Below are positions 56,913-64,000 of a stretch of DNA of 64,000 bases, piece by piece (within the stretch, counting starts at the first letter, position 1; every line of letters starts with the position of its first letter). Source of the DNA: an uncultured Elusimicrobia bacterium (GTDB taxonomy: Bacteria > Elusimicrobiota > Elusimicrobia > 2-01-FULL-59-12). A model generated the notes under the pieces. It worked only from the letters and a program-made list of their open reading frames with translations, was not told the origin of the DNA and ran no database searches. Both the position numbers and the translations under genes were made by a program. The stretch lies in assembly GCA_963702895.1 (NCBI GenBank), contig OY969767.1, positions 320,001 to 384,000 on the forward strand. Reading direction: 5' to 3'.

Positions 56913-58517
56913 ATGCATATTCCGGCACTTAAAGGCACCGTCCTCAGTGGTGCTGTCGGTCTGTCTTTACTCGTTTGGCAAGGCTGGCAACAGACCCTGG
57001 TTATAGAGGTCGACCCCCGTCTGGATGCCGCGGTCTTGGATGGCGTCATCGCAACACCGCCAGTCCATCAAGAACTCAGCACAGCCCACGTCCCCGCGTT
57101 ATTTGGAGGTTCTCGGCTAATCCCACCGGCAAGGTTACTCTTGTCGCTCGATCAACCGGCAAAGAATTATTCCGCAGCCATCCATCGTCAGACCTACGTT
57201 CAAGTGGTTGGCTTATTTCAGAATCTCATGCCGCCTATTTCTATCAAGGAAGATGGCTCACTCATGGTTTCTGAGGTACAAAGACTGTACACGTCCGATC
57301 CACTGGCTTTCTCGCGGTACCGTCAGGGGAGCCCTGGGCTTATACTCTTGCGAAACGAGCAGGAAGTCCTTGATCGGCTAGTCAAGGAAAAGGATGCCAT
57401 CGGAATTATCAATACCGACACGGTGACTCCAATTCTGAGAACGTTGACTCCTCCCATGCCGGTGCGGCTTTGGGTTGGCTGGCAGGCGAGTTCGTCAAAG
57501 GTATTGTCGGCGCTGGGTATGAACCTACGGCTTTACAGAAATGTCGCAGAGCTCCTCGCAAGCACTCGCATCCAACCCAAGCCTCGCCTTACGACGATGG
57601 TCGCCGTGGGCGATATCATGCTTGGCCGGCGCATCGGCGACGCTATGAAAGAGGCTCCCCGCCGCCGCGAACCGCTCTACCCTTTCACCCATACAGCGGA
57701 AGTTCTTAGGAGCGCCGATGTTGCGATAGGGAATCTCGAGTGTGCCGTGGCAGACAAAGGGACACCACAGCCTCAGAAGGAATATACCTTCCGCTCAAGT
57801 CCTACAGCGGCCACGCGCCTTAAGGCGGCAGGGATCGATATCGTGACTCTGGCCAACAATCATAGCCTGGACTATGGAGCGGAGGCATTTCAAGAAACGT
57901 TGACGCATCTGCAGAAGGCCGGAATTGAAACGGTTGGGGGGGGCAAAAACTATCCCGAAGCCCAGTCATCCAAAATCCTTGTGCTAAAGGACGGAACCCG
58001 TGTCGGGTTTTTAGGGTATACCTTGATCCTGCCCAAAGGTTTTGCGGCCACTTCCATACAACCGGGAATCAATTTTATTGACGATATCCGATTGAAAAGG
58101 CAAATCCAGCGCGCACGACGACGATCCGATGTCGTGGTTGTTCAATTTCATTGGGGGAACGAGTACCAGATCCATCCCGACACCACACAGCGCTATTACG
58201 GCCACCTGGCCATCGACTACGGGGCTGACTTGGTCATTGGGCATCACCCGCACCGGATACAGGAGATGGAATTCTACAAGGGGAAGCTTATCGCTTACAG
58301 CCTGGGAAATTTCGTCTTCGACATGAACCATCGCCCCAGGGTGCGGGAAGGACTTATGCTGAAGTGCATCTTTAAAGACAAGAAACTCCACCAGGTGGAA
58401 TTGGAACCAGTATTGATCGAGCGGGGGCAGCCCGAAGTCATCCCGTGGGAATCGCCACAGAAACGAGGGCGCGAAGCCATTCTGAAAGAGGTCCTTGCCG
58501 CGAGTCGTATGCTCTGA
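56913..58517 (+). CDS. CapA (PGA_cap) family metallophosphoesterase
   Basis: GDIMLGR, GNLEC, LANNHSLDYG, HWGNEY, GHHPH and YSLGNF motifs. Confidence 0.92.
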   Translation: MHIPALKGTVLSGAVGLSLLVWQGWQQTLVIEVDPRLDAAVLDGVIATPPVHQELSTAHVPALFGGSRLIPPARLLLSLDQPAKNYSAAIHRQTYVQVVGLFQNLMPPISIKEDGSLMVSEVQRLYTSDPLAFSRYRQGSPGLILLRNEQEVLDRLVKEKDAIGIINTDTVTPILRTLTPPMPVRLWVGWQASSSKVLSALGMNLRLYRNVAELLASTRIQPKPRLTTMVAVGDIMLGRRIGDAMKEAPRRREPLYPFTHTAEVLRSADVAIGNLECAVADKGTPQPQKEYTFRSSPTAATRLKAAGIDIVTLANNHSLDYGAEAFQETLTHLQKAGIETVGGGKNYPEAQSSKILVLKDGTRVGFLGYTLILPKGFAATSIQPGINFIDDIRLKRQIQRARRRSDVVVVQFHWGNEYQIHPDTTQRYYGHLAIDYGADLVIGHHPHRIQEMEFYKGKLIAYSLGNFVFDMNHRPRVREGLMLKCIFKDKKLHQVELEPVLIERGQPEVIPWESPQKRGREAILKEVLAASRML

Positions 58518-58518
58518 C

Positions 58519-59169
58519 TCAATCTCCCGAAAGAGAGAAGTGCATAAAATCCTTCTGCCGCCCTACCAGCTCTCCTCCCCATTTCCAGCCCGCCTCACGG
58601 AACGCCCTGTATGCGATGGAATCCTGAGTAACCGTCCCCGGCCGACCCGGCCGCCAGGGCCCGCCGCGCAACAGCCGGCATTGGGGGTTAAATTCATAAC
58701 AGTTCGTATAGAGGCCGTTGATTTCCGAGTTGATATCGATGGCCGTGCCAAAGGAATGATTGCTGAACTGTGTTCGGCGGCCACGGGGATCCACCGGTCC
58801 CTTGGTCAGCCCGGGACGATAGGCGCTGACGCTCTGAATTGGAAAGCCCGAGGTTTGGATTTTCTCGAGCGTCTGTCGGACGACTTCCGTATAGTGTTTA
58901 CAGATCTGAAATGGCGAAAGACCCGGGAGGGTCAGCGTCCCTTGGTCTTCTTCACACACGGTGCACTCCGAATGAGGATCCTTCTCCACGGGTACAAGAT
59001 CTGAATAAGGCTTTGCAACCTTGCGATGCCCTTCCGATCTTTTCGTGCGCGTGTTCCAAACCCATGTTGAATAGGTGCAGGTATTTTCAGAGTAGGCATC
59101 AGAGGAAAAACCGGTCAGGAATAACGCTACGGTCGTTAAATACAACAAGACTGTCCAGATTTTATGCAT
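58519..59169 (-). CDS. Exported M15-family metallopeptidase
   Basis: SNHSFGTAIDIN and WKWGG..DFMHFS motifs; signal peptide. Confidence 0.88.
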   Translation of the reverse strand: MHKIWTVLLYLTTVALFLTGFSSDAYSENTCTYSTWVWNTRTKRSEGHRKVAKPYSDLVPVEKDPHSECTVCEEDQGTLTLPGLSPFQICKHYTEVVRQTLEKIQTSGFPIQSVSAYRPGLTKGPVDPRGRRTQFSNHSFGTAIDINSEINGLYTNCYEFNPQCRLLRGGPWRPGRPGTVTQDSIAYRAFREAGWKWGGELVGRQKDFMHFSLSGD

Positions 59170-59206
59170 GGCTCTCCTTTTCATTGCCTGTTGTTTGATC
59201 AAAGAC

Positions 59207-60472
59207 CTAAAATTCGATCCGCTCGGCCTGTGTACCCGGAAAATAATGTGCCAGGATGCCTCGGTAATCGAAGCCCACCCTGGCTCTTCCATGGGCTCCC
59301 CACTGGCACAGCCCGATGCCGTGGCCCAGGCCGTGTCCTTCGAACACATAGCGCGTCCCCTGTTTGGAGACTGTAAAGAACCCGCTCTTCAACTCGTGCC
59401 AACGCGTGGTGCGGCCCCAAAGAAGATAAAACTCATATCCTGAGAGCACCAGATTCCCGCTACCAAAGCGAGCCCGAACCTCCCGCACCCACCCGGAAGG
59501 CGCCGTTTCCGTCACTTGAAAATCCGTTAAGGCACCAAGGTCCTGGGCGTCCTGTTCGCTATTCCTCTTCGACGGGACCAGCGGCGACGTTGGCTCTGAG
59601 CCAACGCTCATCCGCCGCGGGTCCTCCCTGCCGAATGCCAGCAAGGTGCCGAGTTCGCTGCCCTCCATTTCCAAACGCCAGCGGTAATCCGGGGAAGCAC
59701 GGCAAAACGCATGCACGGAACCGGGATCTTGATCGGATTGTCCGCGCAAATAAGGCCGAGGCGGCGATTTCCAAACATCCTCAACGGACGCGGTGTGACC
59801 ACCGCAAACCGAATGAAAAAATACCTCGACCGGAGAACCCTGAAAGAAGAGGACTTCTCCTTGAGTTTCCAGGACGGCTTGCGAAACCGCCGAATTCGCT
59901 GCGCCGCGTCCTTTGTAAACCTGGCAATGCGCGAGATCGCAGAAGTCGTAGCCGTCTGAGCGGTGCCGTCTCTTGTTTTTCAGGATATACGTCCGCGCTA
60001 CGACAGCTTGAGCCTTCAACGCCTCCTTAGGCCAGGTCCGGGGGAGCTCTCCGGCGATAACTGCACTCAGATAATCCTCCGCTGAAACAATGTTGACCGC
60101 TAAGAGTTCGCGCGGCCTTATTTCGACTTCCAAGGCCCCCTGGAACGACCGATCGGGGATCCGTGGAGTGCTCACCTTGAACCCTGACCCGGCTTTTTGC
60201 GGATCAATGCGAAGCGCCCCCTGATACGTTTTGGACTCGGAGTCAATTATGACCATGATCTGATCGCCCGCTTTTTCAAGGATCGCGGGCTCCGAACGGG
60301 GAGTGGTCGTTAATGGCCGGCCGGATGCTTTGTCCACAATGCGAAGACCGCTTGGCGATGAAACAGAAAATGTCTGGGGTCGTTCTTTTTGAAACAATCC
60401 GACGCGAATCTCTGATGTGGTGGCCGGCGTGGCGTATAGCAACGACGCGAAAACGAAGGCGAGGCGCTTCAT
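59207..60472 (-). CDS. SpoIID/LytB domain protein
   Basis: EALKAQAVVARTY, CDLAHCQVY, HSVCGGHT and GHGIGLCQWGA motifs. Confidence 0.93.
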   Translation of the reverse strand: MKRLAFVFASLLYATPATTSEIRVGLFQKERPQTFSVSSPSGLRIVDKASGRPLTTTPRSEPAILEKAGDQIMVIIDSESKTYQGALRIDPQKAGSGFKVSTPRIPDRSFQGALEVEIRPRELLAVNIVSAEDYLSAVIAGELPRTWPKEALKAQAVVARTYILKNKRRHRSDGYDFCDLAHCQVYKGRGAANSAVSQAVLETQGEVLFFQGSPVEVFFHSVCGGHTASVEDVWKSPPRPYLRGQSDQDPGSVHAFCRASPDYRWRLEMEGSELGTLLAFGREDPRRMSVGSEPTSPLVPSKRNSEQDAQDLGALTDFQVTETAPSGWVREVRARFGSGNLVLSGYEFYLLWGRTTRWHELKSGFFTVSKQGTRYVFEGHGLGHGIGLCQWGAHGRARVGFDYRGILAHYFPGTQAERIEF

Positions 60473-60518
60473 GGTTCGACTCCGCTCACCATGACCCTGA
60501 GCGCTAGTCGAAGGGTCA
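60471..60518. repeat. REP-like double hairpin filling the pbpC-spoIID spacer
   Basis: ATGGTTCGACTCCGCTCACCAT followed by GACCCTGAGCGCTAGTCGAAGGGTC. Confidence 0.7.
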
Positions 60519-62894
60519 CAACTTCCGCCTGACAAAAAACTCCAGAGAATCGAACTGCCCCCGACTATCCACGACCGAGAGTCGGTGACGACCAGGCGTC
60601 GGTTGAAGATAATGCGTCTGATCCGGTGAACCCTGTCCGATGAACACCTCATCAACGAACCAATAAACCCGCTCGGTACCGCTTTGGCTCTGGAGCATGA
60701 GTGGAATCTTTTGGGCTGCGCCCTGCAAAGCATCGGTCACGGCGTAATAACCTCCCGCCATTGGGCTGCGGATCTTCAAGCCGAGCTCGTTCCTGGACGC
60801 CTTGCAGGCAGGATTGTGCGGGGGCAAAGTAATCGTTGAAAACCCTTTTTGCCTCAAGAAGGTCGCGACATCCGGCATCCAGACTTCCGCCACTTTTTCG
60901 GTATAGGCATTCCTCGGCCCTGTCATACAGTGGGTACAGACTTCCACTCCGTCCTTCTTTCGAACCATGATTCGACGATGGACCGCACAGGGGTGATGGT
61001 GGCTGACCCCAGGTATGAAGTAGTCCTGAATTTTCGCGCTGCAGAAGGGCCCCAGAGGCTGACCGCTTACGGCGCATACTTCACGAACTCCAACGCGTTC
61101 CGGTTTTTTGAACCAGTGGTCTTCATACCGGGTCAGATCATTAAAAATGCTTACGACCAGGGGAGCCGCTGCCTTGATGCCGACCAAAGCGCTTGAACCC
61201 TTCGAATCAACATTGCCCAGCCAGACACCGACCGTGTAATCGGGATTCAAGCCGACCGTCCAAGCATCGCGCAGCCCAAAGGAAGTCCCCGTCTTAAACG
61301 CAATTTTGCCGCGGTTGGACGTGAACTCCCACGATTGAGGGAGATCCGGACGCTCGAGCTTCGAGAGCATCTCAGCCGTGATGAAGCACGCCTCCGGCGA
61401 GAGAAGCTGAAATCCCTTGTTCGGCCTGACCAGGTCCTCTTCGAAGAAAACCAGGTCGCGTAAACGTCCCTCGTTCGCCAATGCGGCATAGAGGCGCATC
61501 AACTCCTCCAGCCGAAAAGGGTAGGCTCCCAGCACGAGCGAGAGCCCAGCCTTGGCTGGTTCCCTGCGCGGATCGCCGAGGCGCGACTTTCGCACAAGCG
61601 CCGAGAGCCCTCCTTGGCCCAATTCGAACTCCAGGTTGATGGCGGGCACATTGAGCGACCGGGCGAGCGCCTCTTCGGCCGGGACGGGGCCGAGGAAGCG
61701 GCGATCAAAATTGGCCGGAATATACCCATCGTAATTGCGCTCGACATCAAAGAGGACTTTCCGTGGAGTAAGGACACCTTGGTCCATCGCTGCCGCATAG
61801 AGGAACGGTTTCAAGAGCGACCCGGGCGATCTTAAAATGGCTGCGCCGTTCACCTGCCCGCCATGGAGCGCATCGTTAAAATCCGGCGAGCCGACGTAAG
61901 CCAGGACTTTCATCGTCTTGTTATCGATCACGATGACCGCGCCGTTATAGGTGCGTTCGCTCCGGAGTCCGTCCATGGTCTTTTTGAGGAGCGCCTCGCA
62001 GTGCAGCTGAAGGCTGGGCGCGATCGTATAACGACGAATCTGACCTTCGGTGAGAGAGCGCGTTCGAATGACCAAATGCGGGCAATGGAAGGGGTTGGGA
62101 AAACGATTGCGTGGGAGCGGAGCCGAAACGTTTTTGGCGATCACCTCCGAAGAGATTCCCAGGCCCGGTCCAATCCGGTTCATGATCTTCGCCTTCTGGA
62201 TATGCGCAGCCTCCGGGTGCACATCCGGCCTGTATTTGTTGGGGGAACGCGGCAGCCCGATCAGGAGGGCGATCTCTCCAAAACTTAGGTGCTGGGCGGG
62301 CTTTCCGTAATACAGGTATGAGGCCGCTCCAACGCCTTCGATGTTGCCGCCCATGGGGATCATATTGAGATAGAGTTCGAACAATTCGTCTTTGGAGTAG
62401 GCGGCCTCCAGCTGCATGGCCCGGAACATCTCGATGATTTTGGCCTTCCAGGTGCGCCGCTTGGGTTCCATGAGCTTTGCGATCTGCATGGTCAAGGTCG
62501 AGCCGCCCATCGTCACGCGCCTGCGCCGCAGATTACCCGCGGCGCTCCGTGCCAATGCCACAGCGTTCACGCCGGGGTGATAAAAGAAGTAGCGGTCCTC
62601 GTACAGCAGAAATCCCTTCTTCAAATTTTCATCAATCTGGGAGAGCGGAAGACGGATCCGATATTTGTCGCGGGGAGACAGCGAGATCCTCAGGAGCCGG
62701 CCATCGGGGGCAAGAGATAAGGTCGAATAATCTCTCTCAAGAACCTCTTCGGGAAGGGGGACGACCTTTAACGACAGCCACCAGAACGCTTGGAAGGCGA
62801 CGCAGAGTCCTGCCAAGAGGGCGACGAGGTACAGCGCTCTTCGTTGTTTGATCCCGTCATGCCCGGCTTTCCAGAGTCCTGCTGCATTTCTCAT
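60516..62894 (-). CDS. pbpC: Penicillin-binding protein 1C
   Basis: EDRYF, GGSTLTMQ, GNIEG, SPGSLLKPF, SLN and KTGTSFG motifs; follows the alpha-2-macroglobulin gene. Confidence 0.94.
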   Translation of the reverse strand: MRNAAGLWKAGHDGIKQRRALYLVALLAGLCVAFQAFWWLSLKVVPLPEEVLERDYSTLSLAPDGRLLRISLSPRDKYRIRLPLSQIDENLKKGFLLYEDRYFFYHPGVNAVALARSAAGNLRRRRVTMGGSTLTMQIAKLMEPKRRTWKAKIIEMFRAMQLEAAYSKDELFELYLNMIPMGGNIEGVGAASYLYYGKPAQHLSFGEIALLIGLPRSPNKYRPDVHPEAAHIQKAKIMNRIGPGLGISSEVIAKNVSAPLPRNRFPNPFHCPHLVIRTRSLTEGQIRRYTIAPSLQLHCEALLKKTMDGLRSERTYNGAVIVIDNKTMKVLAYVGSPDFNDALHGGQVNGAAILRSPGSLLKPFLYAAAMDQGVLTPRKVLFDVERNYDGYIPANFDRRFLGPVPAEEALARSLNVPAINLEFELGQGGLSALVRKSRLGDPRREPAKAGLSLVLGAYPFRLEELMRLYAALANEGRLRDLVFFEEDLVRPNKGFQLLSPEACFITAEMLSKLERPDLPQSWEFTSNRGKIAFKTGTSFGLRDAWTVGLNPDYTVGVWLGNVDSKGSSALVGIKAAAPLVVSIFNDLTRYEDHWFKKPERVGVREVCAVSGQPLGPFCSAKIQDYFIPGVSHHHPCAVHRRIMVRKKDGVEVCTHCMTGPRNAYTEKVAEVWMPDVATFLRQKGFSTITLPPHNPACKASRNELGLKIRSPMAGGYYAVTDALQGAAQKIPLMLQSQSGTERVYWFVDEVFIGQGSPDQTHYLQPTPGRHRLSVVDSRGQFDSLEFFVRRKL

Positions 62895-64000
62895 TGAGCA
62901 TTGTTGTCAACAATGACGATCGGTTTCTCTTCGTAGGATTCGGCGTTGATGTCCGGGTCGTACATCGCTTCTGCATAGGCGTTGGGAACGGTGAATCGCC
63001 CCGGCGTGACGGCACGCACAGCATACGAAAAATGCTGTTCTCCCGAGATCTGATCGCTGAAGATGAGGATTCGGTCATCGCGAATATCCTGGTAGGCCGC
63101 AGACAACCCATAGTGCGGCTCAAATTCAAGCTGACCTCGCGAGCTGAGGCGGGGGTTCTCGATCTCGAGGCCCGCCGGCAGGAGGTCCACAACCACGACA
63201 TTACGTACGGGCTCCTTTTCCGTCTTGAGCGACAAGGTCGCGATCAGCATCTCGCCTTGCACGACATTGGACAGATTAACGGGTTTGCCGCTCTTGTCGT
63301 AATAAACCCTGGAGATGGCCAGACCGTTGGAGCGACTCTTGGTGTTCTTCTGCAGAGGGGTTCCTTCAGCCATGAGGTAATAGAAGCTCTTCAGATCTCC
63401 CGTATTTTTGATGGTCAACGTTTTACCGCTCAAGGTATTGTCTGAGACGGAATTCTCCTTGCCTTCAAGAGCCTTATAGGGAGCACGATTCAAAAGCAGT
63501 TCCGTCTTGGCGGTGGAGTCAAGCGTCTTATAGACTTGGGCCATCGACATAAAGACCCAGACGTTTTCCTGAGTGCTCCCGAAATGACCGTCCTTAATTC
63601 GCTGGCCAAGGTAATCCACAATCTCAAAGACCCGACGCGAATCCGGTTCCGCCTGCACCAGCGCAGCAAGATACATGGCCGTATTTCGAATCGGTGAATT
63701 AAAACTTCCGTACTGCTCGCGATACAAGAATTTGCTCTTGAAATCCGGAACCAAAACCTGGGCAGCGGTCTGTCGGTCGCCCAGCCTGGAATAAGCCAGG
63801 GACAGGAGAGAGCGGTCGGTTTCTGAAAGCTGTGCGAGTCGTTGTGTACGCATCACAGTCATCGATTCATGATCCGGCTCGCCAATGAGCGCTTTCAAAT
63901 ACAGCAAATAGGCATCCATCGCCGTGCTGGCATGGTGCGCGCTCCGATCAAGACGTCCAACATTCTGATGGACGACGCTCCCTTGCCGGATAAGGGCGTA
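62891..64000 (-). CDS. Bacterial alpha-2-macroglobulin, C-terminal part (5'-partial)
   Basis: STQEN, VDLLPAGLEIENPRL, RDDR and YAVRAVTPG..AEAMYDP motifs. Confidence 0.92.
   Translation of the reverse strand, partial: YALIRQGSVVHQNVGRLDRSAHHASTAMDAYLLYLKALIGEPDHESMTVMRTQRLAQLSETDRSLLSLAYSRLGDRQTAAQVLVPDFKSKFLYREQYGSFNSPIRNTAMYLAALVQAEPDSRRVFEIVDYLGQRIKDGHFGSTQENVWVFMSMAQVYKTLDSTAKTELLLNRAPYKALEGKENSVSDNTLSGKTLTIKNTGDLKSFYYLMAEGTPLQKNTKSRSNGLAISRVYYDKSGKPVNLSNVVQGEMLIATLSLKTEKEPVRNVVVVDLLPAGLEIENPRLSSRGQLEFEPHYGLSAAYQDIRDDRILIFSDQISGEQHFSYAVRAVTPGRFTVPNAYAEAMYDPDINAESYEEKPIVIVDNNAQ

Noticed and set aside
56913..58517. Poly-gamma-glutamate capsule locus
   Set aside because: No capB/capC genes nearby; stand-alone CapA-family genes are common.

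Overview
A mostly high-GC bacterial window from a diderm organism, probably an anaerobe or facultative anaerobe. The gene content is compatible with Elusimicrobiota/Omnitrophota-type genomes, but that is a weak inference. Layout: (1) 1-15 kb has housekeeping and accessory genes: histidine kinases, suhB, hemD, a metallopeptidase, an FAD/Fe-S oxidoreductase, DUF1016, tRNA-Leu, msrB, a B12 radical SAM and a GT2. (2) 15.3-27.8 kb is an 18-gene minus-strand operon for a group 4 membrane-bound [NiFe]-hydrogenase with an Mrp-type antiporter module, AsrA/AsrB-like (sulfhydrogenase beta/gamma) subunits, a maturation protease and a HypA lacking the zinc finger. (3) 28-35 kb holds small genes, a DUF1016/ORF6N/four-helix-bundle cluster and hicBA. 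(4) 35-47 kb is a Zn and Ni/Co uptake island: ZnuABC, ZIP, ECF, NikR, three outer-membrane barrels and two Cys/Pro-rich putative leader peptides. (5) 46.95-54.66 kb is a 7.7 kb satellite-like element integrated in the 3' end of tRNA-fMet by a large serine recombinase whose gene is itself split by the att site. (6) 55-64 kb has secreted proteins and an alpha-2-macroglobulin/PBP1C/SpoIID/M15/CapA envelope cluster. The most striking unannotated structure is a series of tRNA-fMet fragments, att cores and orphan in-frame integrase-tail remnants, which suggest that 34.4-56.3 kb is a stacked integration hotspot. Also notable are paralog-specific palindromes inside the ORF6N and DUF1016 coding sequences, and REP/RPE-like palindromes inserted in frame in proteins. 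All calls come from motif recognition by eye; no database searches were run.
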